Source: Calditrichia bacterium (GTDB taxonomy: Bacteria > Calditrichota > Calditrichia > JAJRVZ01). Taken from it: a stretch of 64,000 bases of DNA. Location of the stretch: assembly GCA_963796965.1 (NCBI GenBank), contig CAWCNS010000009.1, positions 384,001-448,000 of the forward strand. Direction: 5' to 3'. The position numbers were made by a program, and so were the translations under genes. The notes beneath the pieces are model-generated. The model did no database searches and was not told where the DNA came from. It was given only the letters and a program-made list of their open reading frames with translations. Positions within the stretch are counted from its first letter, which is position 1; the number at the start of each line of letters is the position of its first letter. Positions 41,287 to 53,011 of this stretch are shown here, piece after piece.

Positions 41287-42588
41287 TTAATGTTTAGGTC
41301 TCTTTACATCCTGTATCCATGCATCTGTATCAGCGAGCATTTGTCGTGTGCGGTCCGGATATGTTAATGCCAGATCTTTGGCTTCCTCAATATCGCTGCT
41401 TAGATTATACAATCTTGGTATCTTATCCTCAATTACTAATTTCCAATTTCCATCCCGCATAGCCTTTCCGTTCCAAAATAGTTTACGGTTTCCCAGAACG
41501 TCACCTTCTAACAAATGAGATTTAAGGCTTATACCATCAGATTTATATCCTGCTGAAGTATCAACATTGGCTAAATCGAGTATTGTGGGCATCAGATCTA
41601 AACTTATGCTTAGCTGGGTACTTTCTTTTCCCGCCCGAATTTTTCCAGGCCACCAGGCGATCGCCGGTACCCGATGTCCACCTTCCCAGACAGAATTTTT
41701 ATAACCCCTCAGAGGATGATTAGAACCTTGTTTGGCGGCACCGTTATCGGAAAAGAAAAAAACAAGGGTTTTTTGGGCAATTCCACTTTTTTTAACCGTA
41801 TTCAGGATTTCAGCAATGCCCTTATCCATTTCCACCATCATCTTATAATAGGTTCCTTTTATATCTTTTTTTGATTGGTCTGACACTTTTTGCGGGCCAC
41901 GCTGGATTGGATCATTGGGCCCCTGAAAAGGAGAATGTACCGCTTCGTGGGCAATATAAAGAAAAAATGGATGGTCTTTGTTGGCGTTTATATAATCAAC
42001 AGCATGGCGGGTAATCAGATGGGTGGTATAACCCTCTTCCCTTAAAGGATTCAGGTTCTCCCACCAGTCATAGATCCCCATCCTGTCATAATGTGAGATA
42101 TAGTCTATATTGCCACTCACATAGCCGCGAAAAAGATCAAATCTATGATAAACCGGATTGTACTTTTTATGATAACCCAGATGCCATTTACCAAAGATTG
42201 CCGTCTTATAACCGGAAGATTTAAGTAATTTACTAATGGTATTTTCATTGGGATCCAATCCACCATTATGAGTGGCGTGTTCCGGATCAGCATTGATAAC
42301 ACTGGGTACTCCAACCCGTTGTTGATAACGGCCGGTAAGCAGACCGGCCCGTGTGGGGCTGCAGACTATACCACTGGAATGAAAATCAGTAAATTTGAGG
42401 CCTTCAGCCGCCAGCTGCTCCAGGCCTGGTGTTTTTATCCAGCCACCATAACAACTGGCATCCCCATAGCCCATATCATCAGCCAGAATGATGATAAAAT
42501 TTGGTTTATTATCTGCATTAGCACTTTCAGGCCATATGACATGTATAACCAGAGCAAGCAGGATAAAAGTATAGGATTTGAGTTCCAT
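41287..42588 (-). CDS. Sulfatase (S1, Cys-type)
   Basis: PNFIIILADDMGYGD, CSPTRAGLLTG, GKWHLG, SDNG, WEGGHRVP. Confidence 0.95.
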   Translation of the reverse strand: MELKSYTFILLALVIHVIWPESANADNKPNFIIILADDMGYGDASCYGGWIKTPGLEQLAAEGLKFTDFHSSGIVCSPTRAGLLTGRYQQRVGVPSVINADPEHATHNGGLDPNENTISKLLKSSGYKTAIFGKWHLGYHKKYNPVYHRFDLFRGYVSGNIDYISHYDRMGIYDWWENLNPLREEGYTTHLITRHAVDYINANKDHPFFLYIAHEAVHSPFQGPNDPIQRGPQKVSDQSKKDIKGTYYKMMVEMDKGIAEILNTVKKSGIAQKTLVFFFSDNGAAKQGSNHPLRGYKNSVWEGGHRVPAIAWWPGKIRAGKESTQLSISLDLMPTILDLANVDTSAGYKSDGISLKSHLLEGDVLGNRKLFWNGKAMRDGNWKLVIEDKIPRLYNLSSDIEEAKDLALTYPDRTRQMLADTDAWIQDVKRPKH

Positions 42589-42750
42589 CTTACGACAATC
42601 CTAATCATGTAAAAGACTTATTTACTGCAAAAAAGCCAAAAATGGTGAGGATTGCAAATATTTTTGTGTTTTTATGCCGCTAAGTTGCATAGATCATTAT
42701 ATTTGTGGCCGCAAAAATTCACAAATTTCAAAGACTTTTTTTCTTCATAT

Positions 42751-42847
42751 TGTCATCCTGTCCCGGAACGGGATCGCATCTCGGGATAGGGATCTTCCCG
42801 ATTGCAGATATCGTACTTTCACGAAAGAAGATTCTTTCAGAATGACA
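42751..42847. repeat. TGTCAT...ATGACA REP-like unit, copy 2 (with 26-nt inner hairpin)
   Basis: Collinear with 15458-15553. Confidence 0.8.
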
Positions 42848-43007
42848 TAGATGAATAAATTTTTTTTAAATAATTACGCTGCGGCTTGACGCCTTTGTGT
42901 GATTTTTTTTTAATACAAAAACGCAATAAAGGTGCGAAAACTGCAAAAACTTAATTTCTTTATAACCGTTGCGACCTCTGCGGCGCTGCGTGAGATGCAA
43001 CTTTTCA

Positions 43008-44832
43008 CTAGCCAATCTTCTTGATATATACCCAATAAGCACTTCTTGCCGTACCATCAGCATCAATAAACCATGTGGATAAATTAACCGGACCCTGGTT
43101 CAAATCAAGCGTAAAAATCACAGCAACTTCTGCGGGATCTATTTGTTTAGTGATGTCATGGATGCCTATTTTTATCCTTGCTTTCAGTGGATTTATCTGC
43201 ACAGCATCGTTTTCAAATTCAGCAATCGGGGCACCACTTCCCAGGTTTTTATAAGCATTGATCGGTTGGTTCAGTTCTCTGGGCCAGCGGCGTAATTCGA
43301 TTTCATACTTTCCTTTTATGGAAACACGTAGCGGCCATTTTCCATTAATTTGCCGGGCTCTGGCAGCCCCATCCTGCGACCATTCTGCCCTTTTTCCTTG
43401 TAGTGGAGTAACTCCTGCAAGGGTTAGATTGGTTACTGGTTGTTCTGGATGCTCCGATAATTACCCGGGCAATTTTTTCTGTAGAAGGTAAGATATTTGT
43501 CCAGTATTTTTCATAACTATCTTGCAGTTCCTTCACAATTTGCTGGATTATTTATCAGCAATATTATTTTTCTGACCGGGATCATTCAGAATATCATAAA
43601 GTTCATCTTTGTTCACCAATCGCCATTTGGAGGAAAGCACCGCTGACTTGCCCCACTTAGGAGGGGAGACATGATAACCGCCGGGTACACTTTGAGCCAT
43701 CTGCGTTATATAAATTCTGTCTTCCGGCCAGGATGAATGTTTCCCTCGCAGCAAGGGCTCAAAACTTAGGCCATCAAAAACAATATCCTTTTGCTGTTGT
43801 AATCCACATAGGTCGATTAATGTCGGTAATAAATCCATATGGGTCGTTAATTGATCGATTATTTTTCCAGCTGATAGATTTCCTTCTGGCCAGCGAATAA
43901 AAAGCGGAACCCGGTGACCACCTTCATAGGGACTGGCTTTACGTCCGCGCATGCCAGCATTATACTCTGAGACTCACAGTGCCATTATCGGTAAGAAAAA
44001 TAACAATCGTATTTTCAGACAGGTGCTGATCATCAAGGTAATCCAGTACCCGACCTATTTGTTCGTCGATCTTATCAATCGTACCGTAAAATCTTGCCAT
44101 ATCTGAATTTCGGTATGGTACTACCTCCGCTGGATTCTTTTGTGAAGGATCATATTTCTGTACATATTCAGGGGGAATATTCCAGGGACGATGAACAATA
44201 TTCATGGCCAGATACACAAAAAAGGGACCTTTCTTGTTTTTATTTATAAAATCCAGGGCATGATCTACAAATAGATCCGTTCCAAATCCTGAGGTTTTTA
44301 GGGGCTTGCCATTTAGAAAATAGGTATCATCAAAACGGTCATTATTCCAATAATCATCCGCTGCACCAATACCGGAATTACCCAGTGCCAGAGAGACATC
44401 AAATCCCCTAAAGTGAGGAGCAAAGGGATAATTATCTCCCAGATGCCATTTCCCAAAATGAGCAGTGGCATATCCATTTTCTTTAAATATCTCAGCCATG
44501 GTTGTTTCATCTTCAAACAACCAGTTTCTGCCGCCATAGGTATGCCATACGCCGGTTCGCAAGGCATAACGACCGGTCATCAATGCCGCCCGGGTGGGGG
44601 CACAATAGGGATCCACATGGAAATTTGTAAAGCGTACCCCTTCCTGTGCAATTCTATCCATATTAGGCGTTTGCAAAACGCGGATGTCCATTTATAGACA
44701 TATCTCCATATCCCTGATCATCCGTCATGATCAGGATGACATTTGGGTCGTTTTATTTCCGGTTGTGAGCATCCCACAAAAGGTAGATTACATTATAGTA
44801 CAAGCACAAATAGTATCAGGAAATTTATTCAT
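43008..44832 (-). CDS. Arylsulfatase (S1, Cys-type) with C-terminal extension (multiple frameshifts)
   Basis: VILIMTDDQGYGD, CAPTRAALMTG, GKWHLG, TDNG and YEGGHRVP across five or more collinear frames. Confidence 0.88.
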
Positions 44833-44845
44833 TCCATAATTCTCC

Positions 44846-47398
44846 TCATTTCTCAAAGAAAGGCTGTATCTCAATAAAATTGCAGATTATTTCCTGGCCT
44901 ATCGGTCCCTTTGAATGTGTGGGGCTGCTCCAATCAGATATGGTTAGAGTTGCTGTACTTGTTTTAGGACGAAAGACAATTCGGTAAAAATTAAACCAGG
45001 CGGGATTGTCCCGGTTATAAGGGCCCAGTTTATGGCTATAGTTACTGGGATAGACAAACCTGAAAACTATGATCCTTTACAATATCTACCTGCTCCAAAT
45101 TTATGGATAAGGCTAAGTTTTGTTTTTTATCCAGGTTATTTAAATCAGCTGCAATAAGTTTTAATGAATAGAGTCGGCCCGGTTCAAGTTTTTTAACTGT
45201 TTGGCGAATCCTGTTTGGTTTTTTTGCAGATCGTTTGAAAACGAACAAAATGATCACCATAATAGCTGCGCGGATAACGACCCTGCAGCCAACTATATCC
45301 GGGCATGGATTTGGCCTGAATACTCCCCTTTTTTGGCCGGTTTAATAGTCCAATTTTCTAATCCCTCTGCGAAATCCGGATTTTTCAAGTGAGATAGAAT
45401 ATAGGGATCATGGGTAAAGCGTGTGCGTTTTCCTTCGATACAATAATGACGAAACAAGCGATGGGCCCAGCGAAGGAGTTCTTCATCGGCATAACTGGAT
45501 AAATATTCCTGAATACCATATAAGTCGTGAAAGGTCGGATCTGTTGCCAGCAAGTGGAATTGCATATCCATAAAAACACGATAATCAACGTTAGGATACC
45601 TGCTGAGTGTTTCTGTAGGATCAGTGAGATATCCTAAGGTGATGATTGCGTTTTCTTCACTGCCCGGCAGATTTCTCTTAGTGTTTTTGTAGGCATAGGT
45701 GAGTTCATCAGATAAAAGAGCATAAGCCTCTGCTTCCGTTGGCTGTTCAGGCAAATATCGTTCAAGGGCAATATTTACCTTTCAGTTCAAATAGTTTTTT
45801 TCCAAAAGGAATGGCTGGTGCATTAGGTGCATAAAAAATATCATTACAATAGGCATAAAAAACCTTGTTAGAAAAATCTGGATTCTGATAGAGGGATGAT
45901 AACGCTTCTGTCCATACCAAATAATGATCAGCATTAGCCCCGGCAAGAAACTCATCTACAATAATACCTCCAAAGCGGGGATTAGTGGTACCAGGACTTT
46001 TTGACCAGACGGCATATACTTCTTCGGGCGATGCAGGCTGCTTTTTTACCCAATCCGGGCAAGCTGGAATGTACAATCCAGCGGCGGCCCTCCTTGGCCC
46101 ATTGCTCAAGCTCCGTTTCTGCCAGAGAACCGGCAGATGTCACAATGGTATTAACATTGGATAAGACATGTTTGGTGAGATAGGTCCAGTCATATGTACC
46201 ATAAGGGGTAATGTGCGGACTCGAGGGATGATCACTGTAAATAATCTCAGGAATTCGCCGAACGATTACCTCCCCAGTCACACCTTCTTTCATAGTTAGC
46301 ACATGCTCTCCTGCAGCCAAAAATTGCATCGCTTCAAAAGCTCCCGAAGCGGGATTTTTTCGGAATACTAATGATTTAGAATTGTTATCGAGATTTGCAT
46401 GGGGAGATGAGGCATTTTGAGATGTGGATTTTACAGAAAAGAATATCCAGCTATCCCGCGAATTACTGAAGGTAAAATCTGTATCATTTTTGATTTTAGT
46501 ATTTGTATGAACAAGTTCATCCACAAAATTATTGAGTTGCCGTATGCCATCTTGATCAGGACCTGACGGTTGGGAAATCCAGGTAATTTCTTTTGACAAG
46601 GAGAGAAGGATTTCGTTTTGATCATCGGTGATATCGCCTGTTACAAGGTAATTTTTATTTATTTGCTCTTTCGGAACAGGTATTTTACTTAATACAACAG
46701 TATTTTCTCCGTCCATTTGTACGGTGTGCTCTGCAACTATTGAGTTATTTTGCTGATCCTGAATCTTAATCCGTATTTTATTCCCGCGAGACTCATTTCC
46801 CATGCATGAAGAATTGAAATTAACCCAGATCTCATTCATTCCATACATTAGGAAAGTTGTTAAGATGGAGAGGTTTTCAACCTCACTTTTATCCCTGCTT
46901 AGTTTAACTGGCAAATGCCATAATCCACCACTGCTTCCCCAATCATTTACCTGTATGGCAATAAGATTGGATTCCCCGAAGTTTAAATATCTACTCACTT
47001 CAGTAACCGTTGTGCTGAATGCCATCGTCATGGTGTTCTGATCGCCAAAAACATTTACTTTATTGCCATTTACAAAAAGCGTATAGGCATCGTTCACCCC
47101 ACCCAATATCAGCCAGGTATAGTCATTTTTCCATTCACGTTGGAATATCAATTACTTTTCTATACCAGGCCAGCGAATCAACATCCGGATAGCCCTGATC
47201 TTCCCATCGTTTTCCGGCATCGATAGTGGCCCAGTGCGAATCATCAAATTGACGCGTATGCCAGTTTTCTGATATACCGATATTTTTGTCATCCGGAGAA
47301 AAGCGCCAATCTTCCCACATATCTATGGTTTGTGGTGCGTCAACAGTTTGGCAGGAATTGATTCCCAAAAGGCAAAAAAGGATAAAGATTAATCTCAT
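44846..47398 (-). CDS. Large lipoprotein with GH2-like N-terminal sugar-binding domain and unassigned catalytic region (multiple frameshifts)
   Basis: Lipobox INSC, W.FSPD..G..E.W..FDDSHW, AWYRK, GGVND..FVNG, GIIVDEF. The frame ends EIQPFFEK* at 44846. Confidence 0.65.
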
Positions 47399-47475
47399 CT
47401 TCTTATCGTCTCCATCTAAGTTTGTTTGATCTATTCATAGCGCAGCAATGCTGTAATCAAAGACAAAAAGAATAA

Positions 47476-47564
47476 TTAACCACCGAGTACACCGAAACAC
47501 GACCAAATATTTTTAGGATTTTATAAATTTTGTTTAGGTGATATTCGGTGAATTCGGTGGTTAA
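47476..47564. repeat. ACCAC-type inverted-repeat element
   Basis: TTAACCACCGAGTACACCGAA / TTCGGTGAATTCGGTGGTTAA (19/21). Confidence 0.8.
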
Positions 47565-47602
47565 AAATCTTTGCGATCTTCTCGAGAAATGGATCATATC
47601 TG

Positions 47603-48290
47603 TTAATAAACCCAGGGTATAAGTTTCTTCGTTTTTGTTGCATAGTTTTTAAATTCTTCACCATATTTTTTTTCAAGATAGTTATCAAGTCGTGGAATAA
47701 TAAAAAAGACAAAATTTAAGGCCATTATCAATGGTATCACGAGTAAAGAAAACCGCATTGTAATCAGGGCAAAACCTGTAAACAAAACGATATCCCCAAA
47801 ATAGTTAATATGCATGGCGTATTTAAATAATCCTTCCGTGTAAAGCCTCCCTTTATTTGCTTCCTGCTTTTTCCATTTATACCTGGTGTATTCAGAAAAA
47901 GTGTTTAGCCAGGAACCAAAAAGATAGATAATAATAATCAAATAATCCAAAACACCTATTGGCTGATGACTATTACCACCTACCTTGGCAAATGCAAACA
48001 AAGCAAAAGTCATCAAGCCGGAAACCAGCAGCATTTCACTCCAGGCCATTTTGCGTTTCAGGAAAACAAATACAGTAACGAATTAACCGCAAATCATAAA
48101 TAACCAGAAAAGACATTAAAATAACCTGACGGGCATGATTACCATTTATAACGTAAGGTTTTAACCATGAAACTAAATTGCTTTCCTCTATAAACATCAA
48201 GTATCCGGATAGAAAGCTGACCATCAAAATTGTGGCTATAAATACAAGTTTGGGAAAAAGTGAAAAATCATACTCGTCTTTAAATAGCAT
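47603..48290 (-). CDS. DUF1295 / steroid 5-alpha-reductase-like membrane protein (frameshift near 48085)
   Basis: GRLYTEGLFKYAMHINYFGD, YGEEFKNY..TKKLIPW. Confidence 0.85.
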
Positions 48291-48550
48291 TATAACCTCA
48301 TATTTGATAATCCACTCCGCAATAGTGAATAGTATCACCATAGAATAGAGAGGATTATAGCATTTACGGCCAGAGAAAACACCAGGATTCTAGCAAATAT
48401 TCGTAATATCTGGTTTATCCCCAATAAACTACAAATAGTCATAGATCAAAAAGAAAGCAGGGGTAGAAATATAATTATTTAAAAAGAATCAATAATTAGA
48501 ATGCATATCCGATTGAAATCTCTCCGTAAAACGGGTCTATAAATGTATAT

Positions 48551-49642
48551 TCATTTATCATATATTTTCTTTAGGCTCGCCCTGGGTTCGCGATAACGTC
48601 CCCAAAAATGGGTCAATGTGGTATGTGTAAAAAACCAGTTAATCCAGGGAATTTGAATCAGTAAAAAAAATATATAATAGGATATAAAAATAGCAGGATA
48701 AAAATATAACAAATTTAAAAATTCTCTGAAAAGACTGCCTTCAAGCGCCCGGATACCCGGGATATAGGCATCCAGCAAGGTAAACAGGTAGGCAGAAATC
48801 GGAATTGCACTAATAAAGTATAAGATTACCCCCCAAGAATGACCAGCCTCAATAGCCCCATGAGGACAAAAAGCAGCACATCGCATACAACTCTCACAAT
48901 TATACTTCCAGAATGGTGTCGGTTTTTTTCTACCCCACATTTTAATTGCTTTGACACTACAATTATCAGCACAAAGAGCGCATCCATTACAATTTTTATT
49001 GGCGAAAAAGAGTTTTGCCAGAAAAAAGCGTCCGGCAAAAAGATAGGCCACTGATATGGGTGAGAGCAAAAGGCCCCAGATGAGTTCGTAAAGATTATTT
49101 AATGTTAACCAGACCCTTCTACCCTGGACGATTTTTTCCATAAAACGGTTTACACTATTTTCCCCGCGGTCTATGATTGCCTCATGGCTTTTCAGGGATT
49201 GAATTGGATGCAGTGAAAACCAATTTGAGGGCATATCCACACTGAGGGCGCCCTGTAGTTTATATCCTTTGAACATCAGGATCAATGCAACAATAAATGT
49301 GGCAGTACCACTGATACCCGGTGGATACACTTGTCCGAATTTTAAACCTGCACGAGCAGCAATACAGATTGCCTCTGTACCATTTCCTCTGGGGAGACGC
49401 CAGGCAAACTTTAAAATGTGCCAGGGAGCGGTAAAACCATGTGTGGGAAATACAATTCCAATCAAATCTTTAGTCTCACGGGATATATCTTCAGGCTGCC
49501 GGTAGGTATCAATTGATTTAATTTCTGCATTAATACCTTTAGTTTTAACAACCTTTTCAAGCCAGCGAGAAATTCGGTATGAATTGCCGGTACCACTCCA
49601 AAAGTATATCAGGGCACGGTCATATATATTTTGAGTTATCAT
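48551..49642 (-). CDS. EFR1-family flavodoxin-ferredoxin fusion protein
   Basis: YFWSGTGNS, FPTH, MPSNW, CNGCALCADNC, CESCMRCAAFCP. Confidence 0.88.
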   Translation of the reverse strand: MITQNIYDRALIYFWSGTGNSYRISRWLEKVVKTKGINAEIKSIDTYRQPEDISRETKDLIGIVFPTHGFTAPWHILKFAWRLPRGNGTEAICIAARAGLKFGQVYPPGISGTATFIVALILMFKGYKLQGALSVDMPSNWFSLHPIQSLKSHEAIIDRGENSVNRFMEKIVQGRRVWLTLNNLYELIWGLLLSPISVAYLFAGRFFLAKLFFANKNCNGCALCADNCSVKAIKMWGRKKPTPFWKYNCESCMRCAAFCPHGAIEAGHSWGVILYFISAIPISAYLFTLLDAYIPGIRALEGSLFREFLNLLYFYPAIFISYYIFFLLIQIPWINWFFTHTTLTHFWGRYREPRASLKKIYDK

Positions 49643-49804
49643 TCTTATCAAGACCTATATCAGGATATACGTTCAATAACTAGGCAGCCCATATGCTTAG
49701 ATACTACACTACAAAATCTTTCCATAATAAACCATGATTTTTTTTCTTTTGCCTTCGGCGGATCATTCGCAAGCTGGCGAATAACAAGAAAATCAGTAAA
49801 AGAA

Positions 49805-50677
49805 TTAAACTAGTCCCTGATCCTCTTCCTCTTGGACTATTTTTGAATAGTAATCAGCGAGATGATGATGGCCCGTTTGAGGTGCAATCATATCCATAGT
49901 CATTACTGTCATAAAAAACTCAATCGGTCCATAAGTTTTTTGCCCGCTAAATAAACGCACCAATTTGAGCACCACATTTCTGATCCAAAGGGGAATGTGA
50001 ATAATTTTCTCCTTTTGCCCTGTAGCGGTAAAAGCCAGTTGTGCCATCTGATTTTGTGTGAGCAGATTTGGTCCACCGACTTCCAACTCTCTTACATCAT
50101 TGTCTAAATTCTGGACAATGAACGCTGCCAAATCCTGACCATGAATCGGATTACCCTTGAATTCCCCATCTCCAAACAGGTATACAGTACCATTCCTGGC
50201 CATATTTAAAAATTCGGTCATATCTGAGAAAAAGCCATTGGGACGGATAATGATATATTCCATTCCCGATATTTTTAGTTCTTCCTCAAATCGCGCTTTT
50301 GCCTGAATAATCTTTAAATCTGAGATGAGATGCACATTCAGTACTGAAATGTAAATAAATTTCTCTGTGCCGCTTCTTTTGGCTTCTCGCAGCAGATTGA
50401 GATTGGCCTGGTAATCCACATCCATATAGGTAAGGCCATCCTTTTGCTTTGTAATCCCTATAGATGAGATAACAAGATCAATATCATCACATATACCTTT
50501 AAGATTTTCAGGACTGGTAGCCTCGCCTTCAAAGATATTATCTATATGATCTTTTAAGGTACCAAGTTTTTTACTATTCCTTGCTAATGCCCGGATCCAG
50601 TGACCTTGTCCTTTGAGTTCTTTTATAAGAAAACGTCCCAAATAACCCGTCGCACCCGCAACTAGTACACGTCTCAT
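49805..50677 (-). CDS. Atypical SDR / NAD(P)H-binding oxidoreductase
   Basis: VAGATGYLG, DVDYQAN, IIRPNGFF, NPIHGQDLA. Confidence 0.9.
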   Translation of the reverse strand: MRRVLVAGATGYLGRFLIKELKGQGHWIRALARNSKKLGTLKDHIDNIFEGEATSPENLKGICDDIDLVISSIGITKQKDGLTYMDVDYQANLNLLREAKRSGTEKFIYISVLNVHLISDLKIIQAKARFEEELKISGMEYIIIRPNGFFSDMTEFLNMARNGTVYLFGDGEFKGNPIHGQDLAAFIVQNLDNDVRELEVGGPNLLTQNQMAQLAFTATGQKEKIIHIPLWIRNVVLKLVRLFSGQKTYGPIEFFMTVMTMDMIAPQTGHHHLADYYSKIVQEEEDQGLV

Positions 50678-50728
50678 ATTTTATTCTCCTCTCTCTTCGC
50701 TCATCTCTTTATGTTTTTACTCTTTTTC

Positions 50729-50815
50729 AACGCGGAGACCCCAGAGAACGCCGAGCAGCGCAGAGATTAAAACTAAATTTAAAAATATCTTTGCGATCTA
50801 TGCGTTCTCTGCGTT
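50729..50815. repeat. AACGCAGAG-type inverted-repeat element
   Basis: The left arm has roughly 9-nt periodic CAGAG units and pairs with CTTTGCG..TGCGTTCTCTGCGTT. Confidence 0.65.
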
Positions 50816-50898
50816 TTGGTCTCATTTTTCTTAGGGCATCCCAACGACCTAACTTCATTTTGCGCTTGACATTGATTGCAAATCCCTGTTTGGCGGGA

Positions 50899-50928
50899 CA
50901 ATGGGCAGACACATGGGTCTGCCCATTG
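50899..50928. repeat. Perfect 12-bp hairpin, REP-like
   Basis: CAATGGGCAGAC-ACATGG-GTCTGCCCATTG. Confidence 0.7.
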
Positions 50929-50995
50929 AACATTGAATGTTGATTATTGATTATTGGATATTAAAATCCTTTTCTCTACTCTTTCATCTCTTTTC

Positions 50996-51937
50996 TTATT
51001 CCAGATATCCCATTAGCGAATCAAAATTCGGTGTTTCAACCTTTGTTTGGTCTCTTAATGATCTAAATTCATGGGCTAACATCATCATCTCATCCTGCGC
51101 TGCATTAACATGCATCATCATCGCCACTTCAGCAAACTTTGAATCGAAAACCTTTTGCAGAATTTTAATGATCATACTTTCAGGCATCCAGTAAAACAGC
51201 TTTAGTTTGATATTATAGCTCTTTCTATATCCCAGGGACTTCAAAACATTACCCCCTTCTTTGACAGCCCTGATATACATTCGAATCGTCTCCATATCCT
51301 CTGCCAATTTATAATTATCACCACTTTTCAATAGGGCGCCGGCAATGGGTAATACAAAAACCACATGATATTTTAACCAGCTATCTATATCTTCAACAAA
51401 CCTCACAGGAACATCCGCACTTTCAAACAATTGTATTATCTGCCTGGTTCTAGCTTTAATTATGCCATCAATTTCACCAATCGTGATCGGTAATCGTTTA
51501 CCTCCCGGTTTTTCCGTATCAATATAATGAACCACATGATCAATACGCGACCCACCGCCACCGGGAAAACCAAACAATACTTTTTCTTCTGGCAGTAACT
51601 TCAGGTATTCATCGAAGCCCAATGTATTATTACCCATAAAGAGAATATTTTGAATATTCCTATTTTTACTCAAAACAGGAAGTATATTTTTAATACTGTT
51701 CTTTCTCATTAAGACAATAACAAGGTCATAATTATCTTCTTCCCCTAACGTATTGACCACATTAACTTTTTCAATCATTTTCTCCTGAGTAAATTCATTG
51801 AGTAGAACAATACCATTTTCTTTTAAAAAATTGAAGTGTTCATTTCTGGCTAATATGGTCACATCATTTCCTGCTTGATGAAGCAGACTGGTATATAAAC
51901 TTCCCAACGGTCCGGCACCTATGACTAATGTTTTCAT
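50996..51937 (-). CDS. Ketopantoate reductase (PanE/ApbA) family protein
   Basis: IGAGPLG, DVTILAR, ILFMGN, GFPGGGG, WLKYH. Confidence 0.85.
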   Translation of the reverse strand: MKTLVIGAGPLGSLYTSLLHQAGNDVTILARNEHFNFLKENGIVLLNEFTQEKMIEKVNVVNTLGEEDNYDLVIVLMRKNSIKNILPVLSKNRNIQNILFMGNNTLGFDEYLKLLPEEKVLFGFPGGGGSRIDHVVHYIDTEKPGGKRLPITIGEIDGIIKARTRQIIQLFESADVPVRFVEDIDSWLKYHVVFVLPIAGALLKSGDNYKLAEDMETIRMYIRAVKEGGNVLKSLGYRKSYNIKLKLFYWMPESMIIKILQKVFDSKFAEVAMMMHVNAAQDEMMMLAHEFRSLRDQTKVETPNFDSLMGYLE

Positions 51938-51970
51938 ATTATCTCCTGATCCTCTGCATGAATAGAATTT

Positions 51971-52042
51971 ACCACAGAGTAATTGAATTATTTCTAATAT
52001 CTTACTTATTTCTTATAAGTTTTTCTCTGCGTTCTCTGTGGT
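51971..52042. repeat. Degenerate ACCAC-type inverted-repeat element
   Basis: ACCACAGAG ... CTCTGCGTTCTCTGTGGT. Confidence 0.6.
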
Positions 52043-52129
52043 TTCATTCTTACATTGTAAAGCCTGTTACACAATTACTTTCGAATTGATAAAGTTTAAT
52101 TGGAAAATGAATTATCAGTTTGGTTTTAA

Positions 52130-52978
52130 TTATTTTCCCAGTTTTTCAATCCTTTTTAAAATTATCCAATCTAAAAGACTTTTGGGTAATTTGGCTGCTT
52201 TAGCTGCCCCTTTGGCATCGGGTCCTACCATGTAACATCGCCTGGGTTTTTTAGCATTGAGGGCCTGTGTAACTGATTTCGCCACTTCATCAGCAGGGAT
52301 TTTTTTTATTGTTTCATTGAGCCGATCACCAAATTTCCTGAGCGTTGTATATAATTCAGCAATCTCGGGTTTTACTGATTTACGCATTTCTTCTTTATAC
52401 ACCTGTCCTTTTTCCCAAATCGCACTTTCTATTGCTCCAGGTGCCACCAAAACCACTTCCATTCCAAACGACCTTAATTCTAGACGCAATGAGTCTGTTA
52501 TTGCCCTTACGGCAAATTTTGAAGCAGCATAGGCACTTGCACCCGGAAAAGCTAAAAAACTGGATGTGGACCCTATATTAATGATCCGACCTTTTCCTTC
52601 ACGTAGTATGGGAAGAAAAGCCTGCGTTATGGCGATTAATCCTATAACATTGACTTCCATAAGCTTTCGAACTTCAGCTATTGATACGACTTCTAAAACA
52701 CCGCCCCGTCCTATACCGGCGTTATTAATAAGACCATATACCTTACCACCTGTTTCGTTTTTAATTAAACCGACCGCTGTCTGTATTGATTCTGGATCGG
52801 TGATATCTAAAATCACTGGCCTCAGATTTGGTGATGCTTCTTTTTTCAAATTATCACCATCAGTTTGATTGCGTACGCCTGCATAGATTTTAAATCCTAA
52901 CCTATCCAGATGGAGTGCACAGGCTTTGCCAATACCTGTTGATGTTCCGGTTATTACAATAGCTTTATTGTTTTTCAT
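52130..52978 (-). CDS. Classical SDR oxidoreductase
   Basis: TGTSTGIG, NNAG, YAASK, PG. Confidence 0.92.
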   Translation of the reverse strand: MKNNKAIVITGTSTGIGKACALHLDRLGFKIYAGVRNQTDGDNLKKEASPNLRPVILDITDPESIQTAVGLIKNETGGKVYGLINNAGIGRGGVLEVVSIAEVRKLMEVNVIGLIAITQAFLPILREGKGRIINIGSTSSFLAFPGASAYAASKFAVRAITDSLRLELRSFGMEVVLVAPGAIESAIWEKGQVYKEEMRKSVKPEIAELYTTLRKFGDRLNETIKKIPADEVAKSVTQALNAKKPRRCYMVGPDAKGAAKAAKLPKSLLDWIILKRIEKLGK

Positions 52979-53011
52979 ATTTCTACTCCTTGATTATTTA
53001 TAGCAAAGAAT

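Noticed and set aside
48300..48510. Possible decayed membrane-protein gene
   Set aside because: Hydrophobic codons with stops, but no recognisable motif.
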